64,000 nucleotides of DNA from Eledone cirrhosa (taxonomy: Eukaryota), in the NCBI GenBank assembly GCA_964016885.1, contig OZ024747.1, positions 57,288,001-57,352,000 on the forward strand. The letters run 5' to 3'. The notes under the pieces were generated by a model. It was not told the origin of the DNA. It saw only the letters and a program-made list of their open reading frames with translations, and searched no databases. The translations under genes were made by a program, and so were the position numbers. Within the stretch, counting starts at the first letter, position 1. Each line of letters begins with the position of its first letter. Of the stretch, positions 1-12,600 are shown in pieces.

Positions 1-540
1 AGGGGCAGATAAAGCTGACAAGGCCTTGTTTCTGCATTTATTGATGCTTATCAAAGCCAACTACTCTTCCCGTTTGCTGAGAACCTGGATGTTTTGGTTC
101 TTATAGAATTCTAGTAAATAATCGGGAACTGATTATACAGAGCAGTTGCCGGTCAAGCAGAAATTAAAATTTAGAATTGTTGCTCTGAAATAGCTATATA
201 TATATGAATGTATATATAGTGTATTTTGCAATACACTGTATGCTTAATAAAAAGCATTTTGAAGACCTTATGCTCTGTATAATCAGTTCCTGATTATTTA
301 CTAGAATTCTATAAGAACCAAAACATCCAGGTTCTCAGCAAACGGGAAGAGTAGTTGGCTTTGATAAGCATTAATAAATGCAGAAACAAGGCCTTGTCAG
401 CTTTATCTGCCCCTGTTTGCTGAAATTAAAGTAAGTGAGTCTGTCACTACTCTAAAACAATAGCATAAGGTCTTCAAAATGCTTTTTATTAAGCATACAG
501 TGTATTGCAAAATACACTATATATACATTCATATATATAT
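1..540. mobile_element. Interleaved fold-back (A..B A'..B') element carrying hammerhead-like motifs; probable Penelope-like terminal repeat
   Basis: 1-143 is the reverse complement of 272-414, and ~195-274 is the reverse complement of ~462-540. Hammerhead-like motif at 357-402 (+) and 13-58 (-). Confidence 0.65.
357..402 (+). ncRNA. Type I hammerhead-like motif, U3-A8 core variant (mirror copy 13-58, -)
   Basis: GGCT-TTGATAA-GCATT(aata)AATGC-A-GAAA-CAAGGCCTTG-TC-AGCT. Palindromic stem III ACAAGGCCTTGT and a GUC triplet. One extra A before GAAA. Confidence 0.55.
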
Positions 541-1424
541 GTATATATGTCACTCTGTAAGGTGGCAGGGCTCATACATACATATACATAAGGTTCTCAT
601 TCTACAAAATAAACCTTTTAGTATTGTTTATGCCCTCAAATAGGAACTCACATTATACTCTTTCAAAGATTGGATCTATCGTACATGTCTAATGTATCAA
701 GAATAATTATTAAATATCTCATGCCCCATGTTATTGTGATTTTCTAAGTTTCATCAACTTACTTGTATGAAAATATAATAATTGTTTTTGCTATTGGCAC
801 AAGGCCAGCAAATTACCCAGTACATTACTGGTACTTTATTTTATATTATTATATAATACTGTAAGTATTATATAATAATATAATACTTACAGAAAGAAAA
901 CACAATATATACAAATATAAATGCATAAAAGAGAGACAAAACCCCCGTAAAAATGAAGGAAGAAAAGGGGGGTGGCAATTCACCACCAAGTGTGACAATT
1001 GGCTGCGCCTCACATCTTAGGGGTCAACTAAATACTTTGAGGCAAGCCAATACATTCACAGCATTACCACAGTTGATAGTGAGGCTACAGTGCTGAAACA
1101 ACCTGGTACCCTCACATGCATCACCTGACGTCTAGGAAAGGTGAGCTGCCAATAATGACAAGAACTTTGCTGTCAGTGGCCCAACTCCACCAAACGTCTT
1201 GAACGCCACAGCCTGGAAAAATTAATTGTTGTGATTAAAATACATTCTGGGTGCAGAAAGAGAGAAGATATGGTGATAGCCAAAATATGAAGAATATTAT
1301 ATAGGACCAACCAGAATCACTTGAAGATTAAAATAAAATGACTCTGCATTGGTACAAAATTTGAATGCCTTGCTATAGATATATAACTTTAAGTCTACTG
1401 CTGCTGCTGCTGCTGCTGCTGATG

Positions 1425-1463
<39 letters not shown>

Positions 1464-1619
1464 TTACTACTACTACTGTTGTTGTTGTTGTTGTTGTTGT
1501 TGTTACTGCTGCTGCAGCCTGTGCTAATACTGTTACACATCTGTTTTACAAAAAAACTAAATAACCAAAATGAATGATAAATGTTAGATATTTAATTTAT
1601 AACCTCCTTATCAGTAACG

Positions 1620-1970
1620 TTACTCAACAGCGTATGTAGCTAGGAGATCAGAGAATCACTCCAGGTAGAGCTGTTCCTTCTCCTAGTTGAGAGATCACAG
1701 CTGTGACACTATGGGCATGTGGTTAGAATGTCTCTAGAAAGAATCACTGGACAGATTTTATGGGCAAACCCAACCGGCAGGAGACCCAGTTGTAGACCCC
1801 AAGCAAGATGATTGGATAACATCCATGAGCTTGGCTGGTAACACTTAAGGCTCCAGCCAGATAAGTTGGAGATACTTGCTTCTGACAGGACCTGATGGAA
1901 GGAATGTTTGAGGAGTACTCTGCCCTCATGGCACACTCAGGAATAAGTGGGAGATGAAGAAGAAGAGCTC
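1620..1970 (+). mobile_element. Decayed RTE-type LINE 3' fragment (related copies 26560-26960 +, 51210-51640 -)
   Basis: Homologous to the minus-strand ORFs at 51318-51602 and 51299-51487 (QAAEMALLRRV...LQVEPLFLRIERTQLKYYGH...RPRGRP), a typical RTE ORF C-terminus. Ends in a (GAA)n tail. Confidence 0.75.
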
Positions 1971-2295
1971 CCTATCAGACAACTGATAAAAAAACTGAAG
2001 AAGTTGTACAAAGGAGATATAATCATTCAGCATCTATTATTGAAAACAAAACTGATCATTATAAACTCTTCTGTACTGTGAATATTTTATAAAGAGGTGA
2101 AACCGGCAGAGTTCTCTGATTAACACGTAAATATTACCTCCTTCTTTGACAATAATGTTTTTATCCATTTTCTTCCCTTGTTTTTAACATAACTTGATTC
2201 ATATGGACTTTTTATACTCTCACTCTTTCTCTCCACACACAGAAATACACACTCATATATATTTATATACATATATGTATATGTATATATATACT

Positions 2296-2642
2296 GGAGG
2301 CATATGGCTTAGTGGTTAGAGCATTGGCCTTGCAATCGGAAGGTTGTGAGTTCAATTCTCAGACCGGGTGATGTGTTGTTTCCTTGAGCAAGACACTTTA
2401 TTTCACATTGCTCCAGTTTACTCAGCTGTAGAAATGAGATGATAGGGACATGGGTCCATATCATTCCACTGCAAAGTGGTCGTGGAGGTGCCACGGCAAA
2501 AAAGCACCCAGCACTCACTGTAAATGAGGTTGGTGTTAGGAAGGGCATCCAGCTGTAGAAATCAAGCCAGAATCAGTTCCTGTCCCACCCTTGCAAGCAG
2601 GGAAAAGCGGACGTAAAATGAAATGATGATGATGATGATGAT
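2296..2642 (+). mobile_element. tRNA-derived SINE (CORE-like body) followed by an RTE-type 3' tail
   Basis: A-box TGGCTTAGTGG and B-box GAGTTCAATTC, body TCCTTGAGCAAGACACTT...CTCCAGT. The 3' end GTCCCACCCTTGCAAGCAGGGAAAAGCGGACGTAAAATG+(GAT)n is identical to the LINE end at 3878-3942. Confidence 0.75.
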
Positions 2643-3014
2643 ACATATATGTGTGTGTGTGTGTAGAGAGAGAGGGGGGGGGGGGAGAAAGAGAGAGCTG
2701 TTTGGCCCAGAAATAGAATAAAATGATATATATAGATGTATATATATGAATATATGTATGTATACATATATATATATAGACATTTTGTAGGTTGCTTTAA
2801 TCTTTGGATTAAACAGACCAGTCATACAATACAGGAGTCAATACAAAGAAAGTGGGGCTGTTAACCATCTTTATTTTTATATATTTTATAGAAGAACCTT
2901 TGTTTCATATTTGAGTTAACTTATATTTGAAGCAAAAGCATTTCTATAAGACATATATATATATATATGATTCCAGTTCCTCAGTGAAATAACAACCCAA
3001 CCAGGAACTGGGCA

Positions 3015-3300
3015 TATCAGAGTATTGACAAAATTATACACCTCAACAACATATGTACTTGTCTATACCACACTAATTCGGACTGCCTGAAGAGGTCACA
3101 GCCAAAGATGGCTGTCACTGAAATATATATAGCAGTAATAAACGAAGCTAAATTTTAAACATTTGACTTTTTATTTAACTTTATTTTACATTACTCTGGA
3201 GTAACCAAACCAACCTGCTCACTTCGTCGAGTGCTCCAGCCTGCATATTGAGGTGTTGGTATACAACCAACATATACTCAAAATATATATATATATATAT
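3015..3300 (+). mobile_element. Short non-coding hammerhead-bearing repeat (family A); second copy 15420-15688 (-)
   Basis: About 270 bp closely similar to the reverse complement of 15420-15688. Ends in (TA)n. Confidence 0.75.
3082..3136 (+). ncRNA. Type I hammerhead ribozyme motif
   Basis: ACTGC-CTGAAGA-GGTCACAGCCA(AAGA)TGGCTGTCACT-GAAA-TATATA-TA-GCAGT, followed immediately by AATAAA. Stem I ACTGC/GCAGT is perfect and stem II is long. Confidence 0.85.
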
Positions 3301-3942
3301 ATAGAAGTGGTGGATAGCTTCCGGTACCTAGGAGATCAGATTAGCATGGGAGGAGGGTGTTCCGAGGCCATAGTATCTAGAATAAGGACGGGTTGGAAGA
3401 AGTTTAGGGAGCTGCTTCCTCTGTTGACGAAGAAGGGTTTCTCCCTTCGTACGAAAGGCCGGTTGTATGATGCCTGTGTGAGGAGTGCGATGCTGCATGG
3501 TAGTGAGACATGGGCAGTAACTGCAGAGGACATGCAACGGCTGGAGAGAAATGAGGCAAGCATGCTCCGTTGGATGTGCAGTGTAAATGTGCGTGAATGA
3601 CCCAGCTTAAATGTGTTGAGAGAGAAACTGTGTCTGAGAGGGATAGAATGTAGTGTACGGGAGAGAAGACTGAGGTGGTATGGACATGTGATGCGCGTGG
3701 AGGATGACCGATGGGTGAAGAAGTGCCAGGAATTGCCAGTTGAAGGAAGACGTGGTAGAGGTAGACCACGAAAAACATGGGCGGAGGTGGTGAGAACAGA
3801 TCTCAGATCATTGAAGCTCACGGTGGAGATGACGAGGGACCGTGACGAGTGGAGAGATGCTGTGCTGAATAAGACCCGTCCCACCCTTGCAAGCAGGGAA
3901 AAGCGGACGTAAAATGATGATGATGATGATGATGATGATGAT
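3301..3942 (+). mobile_element. 5'-truncated RTE-clade LINE (C-terminus of the RT ORF, one in-frame stop)
   Basis: ORFs 3253-3600 and 3613-3912: IEVVDSFRYLGD...GWKKFRELLPLL...LHGSETW...RRLRWYGHVMR...GRGRPRKTW. Ends in a (GAT)n tail. Confidence 0.92.
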
Positions 3943-4297
3943 ACAGAAAAATAGAGAGAAAGAGAGATGCTTTTCTAAATTCTCTTATCTTGACTTGCCT
4001 TGCTTCAAGAGTTGTGAAGATGTGAACCTTGTTAAAATGACTCCTGGATAAAAATGAAATATAAAAATATATAATTTAAAAAAAAAAACATATTTTGAGA
4101 AAAACAAATAGTAGCAAATTTGTTGAAAAAGATTGCAACTCTAAAGTTGATTTCCATAATAGAAATAGACAAGTAATCACAGGTGGCTGGATTATAAGTA
4201 GAAATACATATATATACAGTATGAAGAATAGATAACAGTATATCATTGATATATAGAGGGAGAGGTGAAGGGAATTATGTTTTTCAGCAGAAACAAT

Positions 4298-4375
<78 letters not shown>

Positions 4376-4380
<5 letters not shown>

Positions 4381-4757
4381 TTGTTATACTTGGGGAGGGT
4401 CATATTTGTGTAATAATATTGCCAGAATTAATAACAGAACACATTCACTGTTTGGTTGGTTTTCACTTCTGTGTCTTTTATATCGGTTAATTTAATTTAT
4501 TTTGTCCTCAATGTTGCCATTGACTGACCAACGGTCAAAAATACAGATACAATATAGACACAAACACATATATATAGTCTATCAAAGTTCTTTCGTTGCA
4601 CATCTGCAACATCGTCAGTGGTGCTATTATGTTTCCTCCCAAACAGTGAGTGTGTTCTGTTATTAATTCTGGCAATATTATTACACAAATATGACCCTCC
4701 CCAAGTATAACAATATTTGTTTCGACACACGATTTCATATCAAAAACCTCGCAAAAC
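4376..4757 (-). mobile_element. Fold-back hammerhead-bearing repeat (family B); related copies 55200-55662, ~30640-31112 and fragment 15686-15726
   Basis: Inverted arms 4376-4455 / 4639-4718. Flanked by (TA)n on both sides. Internal hammerhead motif. Confidence 0.7.
4581..4624 (-). ncRNA. Hammerhead-like motif (family B)
   Basis: Minus strand GCACCA-CTGACGA-T-GTTGCA(GATG)TGCAAC-GAAA-GAAC-TT-TGAT. Stem II is perfect; stem I is partly decayed. Confidence 0.65.
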
Positions 4758-4929
4758 TAATATATAAATAAATATATATATATATATTTACTTATATATA
4801 TATTTATATATATATAACGAAGGAAGTGTGATAAGGAACCAGGTGGACCATAACCCTCCAGAATACTCAATACTATGGGTAGTAGAGTGGGTATTAGGAA
4901 AAGTGTCAGGACCCCGATGGCAGAGCTCC

Positions 4930-4973
4930 GACGATTTGTTATGTCTTCATTAATGAAGACATAACAAATCGTC
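4930..4973. repeat. Perfect 44-bp palindrome
   Basis: GACGATTTGTTATGTCTTCATT|AATGAAGACATAACAAATCGTC. Confidence 0.95.
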
Positions 4974-5449
4974 CTTTTATATATATATTTATATATATCA
5001 CCCATCTAGGAGAGCAATGACTCTGATTGAAGCAACTGCATGGGGCATACGTGGACCCTGTAAGCCATAGTCAAGGCAACCCTTCTAGGAGAGTAGACAC
5101 TCCAAATAAAAACTGATAGAGACTGGAGAAGATTTATGTCTGTTAAGACAACCTCTCATGCTGGTGGCATGAACAATGTGCCCAGTCTATGCTGTAATGT
5201 GGTTGGTGATGGGAGGGGCATCCAACCAGTAACACCCTGCCAAAATTATGAAAAGCATGACCAATATGACTTCCACTAGTTGTGAACACAGGCCTAACAA
5301 TAGCCATGTTAGTGCTGTGCACAGTAGTTGGGTGGCTAGAGTAGTCGTGAATGAGAACCTTTCCACCATCACCAAGCAATTGCACAACCACTTTCCCTTT
5401 CAGGTACACAGAACATCTAATAAAAGAAATAACAACAACTATCAAGTAA

Positions 5450-5680
5450 CAAATCTCCGGACTACCACCCTCAATGTTGGTACCCTGAAAGACAAATCAG
5501 GTGAAATTGTGGGACCGTTACGGAGAGGAGGAGGTGTAGATGTATGCTGTGTACAAGAAGTGAAGTCGCTAGGACTAGCAGAGGAGATGATGAAGGAACA
5601 TGACAAGGGAAGAAATGTCCGAGAAGGGTCTGTCCAACATATGCAAACATAACATGTATGTACTACCATTCATTTTGGGG
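5450..5680 (+). mobile_element. Internally deleted RTE LINE (endonuclease start joined to the 3' end)
   Basis: TLNVGTLKDKSGEIV...VDVCCVQEV (APE N-terminus) jumps directly into SLGLAEEMMK and an RTE-like tail. Confidence 0.7.
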
Positions 5681-5961
5681 TCCAGCCATCACCAACACCA
5701 AAATTAATGGTAGCATACATGTTAAGTATATGAAACTTTGTTTATACTAAATAAGCTCCCTTCCAACAGATTGAGCACTGTTTTCCTTCATCTTTCATCT
5801 ATGGATTTCTACCAAGAGATATATATATATACACAGAAATATCCATGGTTAGTTGTGGGGTCTAGTCTGCATGAAGAACTCAATGTAATCCATATGTTGA
5901 AAATGTAGGTTAAAATAAATCCCGGAAAACAATAAAACATCAAAAGGAAAATAGAGTCATG

Positions 5962-6296
5962 ATATAAGTTAAAACAATGAAATAAAAATTCACGTCATTA
6001 GAAATATACTTCACTGCTTTACGATCGTTTCTAGGTGATAATAATACATTGTACGCATATTTCGTTATCGATCTATGTAGGGTTAGTTACAAAATATCAA
6101 ATAAGGAATATATTTACCGTTGTCAACAGCTGATGATATACACGTAGGTAAATATATCCCTTATTTGATATTTTATAACTAACCCTACATAGATCAATAA
6201 CGAAATATGCGTACAATGTATTATTATCACCTAGAAACGATCGTAAAGCAGTGAAGTATATTTCTAATGACTTGAATTTTTATTTCATTGTTTTAA

Positions 6297-6303
<7 letters not shown>
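5962..6303. repeat. ~157-bp-arm inverted repeat with a 28-nt spacer, abutting (TA)n
   Basis: 5962-6118 matches the reverse complement of 6147-6303 with few mismatches. The spacer contains CTGATGA and the arm contains GAAACGATCGTA. Confidence 0.85.
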
Positions 6304-6360
<57 letters not shown>

Positions 6361-6964
6361 TGCATGCATACATGCATAGATGTGTGTGTGGGTGTATATA
6401 TAAATATTTGTATATGTGTATACTTATAATTGTATACATATATATATATTCATACATACATACATATATCCATACATATATACTTACATGAATACACACA
6501 TGCATACATACATACATGCATATATACATACACATACATACATACATACATACATACATACATACATACATACATACATACATACATACAAACATACATA
6601 CAGTGTATGTTTTTCTATCTTATTCTCGGTTTCCGCTTGCCCACACAAATAGAAAAAATAAAATAAATAAAAGTGTCCTGAATAGAAAGATGGATAGATA
6701 GATGGAGAGAAAGGTGGAGAGTGAGAGAGAGATAGTAGGAGGAAGAAGAAAAATACAGATATAGTATGGCATCAAGGATAGTGATTTATAAAGGTTATGG
6801 GCAGAGGGAGAGGAAATGGAAAGGAATGGCCCCATCCGCTGAAGAATGGATTTGGAATAGTCCGGAAAAGACAGAGGAAGAATTGGTCAAGCTGATGGAA
6901 TGATGGGAAAAAAATTGGTGAAAAATCCCTAAAAAAATGTTTTCCAAAAATAAAGAGTTAATAT

Positions 6965-7029
6965 CAGACTATATAAATACAAGAGATGAAAAAGTATGTG
7001 TGCATAAATATTTATATATATATATATAT

Positions 7030-7073
<44 letters not shown>

Positions 7074-7134
7074 ATATATATATATATATAAATATTTATG
7101 CACACATACTTTTTCATCTCTTGTATTTATATAG

Positions 7135-7138
<4 letters not shown>
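6965..7138. repeat. Fold-back palindrome centred on a (TA)n tract
   Basis: CAGACTATATAAATACAAGAGATGAAAAAGTATGTGTGCATAAATA... is mirrored exactly up to 7138. Confidence 0.9.
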
Positions 7139-7187
<49 letters not shown>

Positions 7188-7253
7188 TATATATGTATAT
7201 ATATATAAATAATATATATGTATATATATATATATATATAAATAATATATATG

Positions 7254-7348
<95 letters not shown>

Positions 7349-7609
7349 TATATATGTATATATATATATATGTATATATGTATATATATATATATATATA
7401 CATATATATTATATATATATATTATGTATATATTATGTACATATTATGTATGTATATATATATATGTATAATGTTTATATTTGTATACATATATATTTGT
7501 ATGTGTATTATATATATTGGAAGTGAATCAACAGGATTTGTTTAATTTCTTTATGAGTGTGCATAAGCGAGCGTCTGTCTGTATACATACATATGCATGT
7601 GAATGTACA

Positions 7610-7641
<32 letters not shown>

Positions 7642-7729
7642 CACATATGAGTGCATGTGTGTACATATATACATATGTGAGTATGTGTATATATATATGA
7701 TTGCATATGTGTGTATACATATATACGTA

Positions 7730-7797
<68 letters not shown>

Positions 7798-8078
7798 ATG
7801 AGAAAGAGGAAGACTGGAAAGAGAGGTGGGGGGGGGGGGGAACAGACAGACAGACAGACAAGCTCACATTACAGAAATTCATTCACAGAATAAGTTTATA
7901 CGATTGTGTCTACAAACATGCCCAGATGAAATGCCTGAATAGATTTGTACCTGATACCTATGATGTATATATGTGTCTATATAAAGATACAGGTATATAC
8001 ACAAACATACATATATACACACACATATATATATATATACACATACATACACATACACACATACATATATATATACAT

Positions 8079-8133
<55 letters not shown>

Positions 8134-8165
8134 CTCATACACACACACTCACACAAACACACACA

Positions 8166-8205
<40 letters not shown>

Positions 8206-8241
8206 CTCATACACACACACTCACACAAACACACACACATG

Positions 8242-8303
<62 letters not shown>

Positions 8304-8750
8304 ATATTCATACATATATACATGTCTATGTTAGCAAGCAAAAACCAAACAAGGAAAGAAAGAAAAAGCTTCAAATATAAAAAAATAGATAATCAGATAA
8401 AAAATATAAAAGCTAAAAAGAACCATCCAATAACACAACAACAACACTACTATCAACAACAACAACAACACTAACAACAACAATGACAAAGAAAAGCCAG
8501 CAGTATTCCCTGCAATATAGTTTTGATAAAGAACTTCTGCTTAATCAAAGAAATTATATTTGGTTTGTTAAAGCTGGATAATAAAGTCTTTTAAGATCTG
8601 AAGTGCCAAAGTAAGACTGCCAAATATCTGTAAGAACTGCAAAACGAAGGGAATGTCCAAGAAAGTAAAGAAGAAATCAAAGAAAAAAAATAACAATAAT
8701 TGTGTGTATGTATATATATGTATATATATATATATGTATATATATATGTA

Positions 8751-8786
<36 letters not shown>

Positions 8787-8874
8787 CATATATACATGAG
8801 TGTACACACACACACATATATAAATATATATATGTGTGTGTGTGTGTGAATATATATATGCATATATATGTATG

Positions 8875-8999
<125 letters not shown>

Positions 9000-9011
9000 G
9001 TATGTATATAT

Positions 9012-9090
<79 letters not shown>

Positions 9091-9636
9091 GTATATATAT
9101 ATGTATGTATACGTATGTGTATATATATATATGTATATGTATATACTTATATGATATATATATATATATATATTGTATATATATAAAATATCCAAATATA
9201 TTATCACTGGAATGGAATGTTATGAAGTGGAATGGATAAGAAGGAAGAGGAAAAGAAAGTGAGGGTGAGGATAGATGTTAGAGGGAGGGTGGTAGTGGTG
9301 AGCTGCATAGTGGTAGGCTAGGGGCAGACAGAAACGTGAGTATGGATATAGATTAGAGAGAGTAGGAGGGACGGGTTGGACAGAGGGAGGGAGAGGAAGG
9401 GGCGGAAGGAGGGGGAGAGAAAGAAAGGAAAAGTGAGATGGAGAGTTGAGATGGATGTTCAAAGAGTTCTGGGGGATTGATAAAAAGCTACGAATGTATG
9501 TGTCTATATATATACATATATAGATATATATACACATACATATATATGTGTGTATATATGTATATATACATACAAAGATATATGTATATATATACACATA
9601 TATATACACATATATATACACATATATATACACATA

Positions 9637-9687
<51 letters not shown>

Positions 9688-10899
9688 TCATATATGTGTA
9701 TGAGCATGTAGATGTTTGTGTATGTATATGTGTTTGTTGGGGGTGAGGGGGGTCACTGTAAATATACATAGTGTGAGGGGAGGAGGGTGGTTCTTCTTAA
9801 TGTTTGTGTTTTTCCTTGGCAACAAAATATGAGAAGCTGACTTGTAACAAAGTGGCAAGACTTCTTTGTTGGATTTTGGACTTAACCAGGTGCTCAGGTT
9901 CATATATGTGTGTCTATGTATATATGTGAACATATGCATGTATGTGTACTTTTATATATCTGGATATACATATGTATGCATGCATGTATGTATGTTTGCA
10001 TGTATGGATGGATGGATTGATGTTTGTATGTATGTATGTTTGAATACATGTATGCATAGATGTATGTATGTATGTGAATTTGTGTGTATATCTGTCTATA
10101 CATGCTGTGAAGTCATGTGTCTTAATGGTTCGGGTGTTTTGGCTCATTATGTGCAGGTCAGGCTTCTGATTGCTACTGGTACCATGTAACCATAACCTGC
10201 TTCATGGTCAAGTATTTGATGATTAAACTGGCTCCCTCATCAAATTCCTGTCTTGTGAGGAGGATAAGTGGAACCCCTGCAGCACAAAACAATAGCAGTT
10301 AAAAGGGTCCATGAACTTCTCAGAGCCCACAACCATCCACCCCAAATATGAGTTCAATAGCTGCATCAACACACGATCAGCCAGGAGTGGTGAGTACATC
10401 TACACCCCTGAGATGACCAAAACCAAAAAGAGAGTAGTAGAGGTCAACCAAGGAGGGGTTCCTCCAGCAAGAGTGAAAAAGCCTTGAATTAGATTGGATC
10501 AATATTGAGACTATTGTAATATGCCAATAAACATTATATAAATGCTGCAACAGTGACTTCAATCTTACCTACTTTATTTACACTCAGAACACTACAAACA
10601 CCTTAACTCTTGAATAGAATTGAGTACAAGGCAAGTGAAATCGTTTAGCAAAAACATAATTAGACAAAGGTAGGAAAAATTTGCAAAAGAATCTTGAAAT
10701 AAGCTCTCAAATTTGAATCCTCCATGTTTTCAACCAGATCTGACAACATTTAAAACACATCAGACACTGAATAATGTTAATAAAAATAGACTGCTAGCTT
10801 TGAACTGGACATATACCATTTTATCACAAACTTTCTGTTTTTGTGGAGACTTCCCAGAAACTCTTTGGCCTTATTTGTTCCAATGTAAAAACTATGAGT

Positions 10900-10965
<66 letters not shown>

Positions 10966-11413
10966 ATCTTGAAGCTGATTATTAAAAAGAGTACCGAAAT
11001 TGAAAATACAATATATTATAAAAGATCTACCAACTATAAATAAAATCTTTAAGTACATGGAAGTTATAGAAAGAACCTTGTAGCTACTTTAGAGCTCCCC
11101 TTGCTTTTCATTTTTTTTTCTTTTTTTATGCTTATTTTGACTCGTTTCCCTTCCATATTTAAATTTTTTATTCTATTTTATTTTATTTTATTTTATTATT
11201 TTTTAAAATTTTATTTTTATTTTTATATTCACTTTTCTTTGCATATCTTGTTCTTTTTTGGCTTCTCAATTATATGAAGTACTAGATACTTCCTCTTGTC
11301 TCTCGTGGCTTACCAGTTTCATACAGACATTTAAAAGATTAAATAAATATATGAATGTATATATGTGTGTATGTGTATTTATATATATGTGTGTGTATAT
11401 ATATATATGTGTT

Positions 11414-11448
<35 letters not shown>

Positions 11449-12600
11449 GCTTGTATATATATATATATATACACAAACACATATATATAGACACTGTTGT
11501 TAGTAACAATGTGAAGAAAGCAGGTGACTGAAAATTTCAGAAAATAGAAATGTGAAGAGTGATATCTACAAAATATGAAGTGTCTTAAATGATAAGGAAA
11601 AAAGGTTACCACAACTACCATCACCATCATCATCATCATCATCACCTCCTCAGTGTCATTCTGAATAAGAACTGACTCAGAATATAGTGACCCATCAATA
11701 AAATCATATTAATGATGATAATGATATATATACTTCTATGTGCATGTGTATGTGTATTTATGGGTGTGTGTGTGTACTTATATATATATGTGTGTGTATG
11801 TGTATGTGTATTTATGTATGTGTGTGTATTTATATATAAATGTGTGTGTATCTATGTGTGTGTGTGTATTTATATATATACTTCTATGTGTATGTGTATT
11901 TATGGGTGTGTGTGTGTACTTATATATATATGTGTGTGTATGTGTATGAGTATTTATGTATGTGTGTGTATTTATATATAAATGTGTGTGTATGTGTATG
12001 TGTATCTGTGTGTGTGTGTGTGTGTATTTATATATATGTGTGTGTGTGTGTATGTGTGTTTATGTGTGTGTATATATATATGTGTGTGTATGTGTATGTG
12101 TATTTATGTGTGTGTGCGTATTTATATATATATGTGTGTATGTGTATTTATGTGTGCATGTGCGTATTTATATATATATGTGAGTATGTGTATTTATGTG
12201 TGCATGTGTGTATTTATATATGTGTATGCATGTGTGTGTTTGTGTCTCTATTTTCATTTCTGTCTCTTCTCTTTGTTTAGCATTAGATATCACTAGGAGA
12301 AGGCAGTGATATTTGTTTACAACCTACATAAACAGAAGTCCCACAGCTAAACAATTAGATGTCTAAAATAAGGTATAGATCTTACTTAAAAAATAAAATT
12401 GAGCTATTGGTATTAGGGATGGCATCTGGCAGTAGAATTTGGTTTTAAAATGTCTTGTTCAACCCATGCCAGTACATTAAAATGAATGGAAAACCAAAAA
12501 AGGATTAATGATGAAGATGAAATTATTATGACTATTGTTGTTGCTGTTGATGCTGTAGCTGCTACTGCTGTTGTTGTTGTTATTATTATTTTTATATATG

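Noticed and set aside
2296-2370. tRNA gene
   Set aside because: A and B boxes are present, but there is no complete acceptor stem and the sequence continues into a SINE body.
8555-8637. Possible terminal exon ([26 protein letters not shown]) of the minus-strand gene
   Set aside because: The phase does not match the preceding candidate exon and I recognise no homology; unsupported without RNA data.
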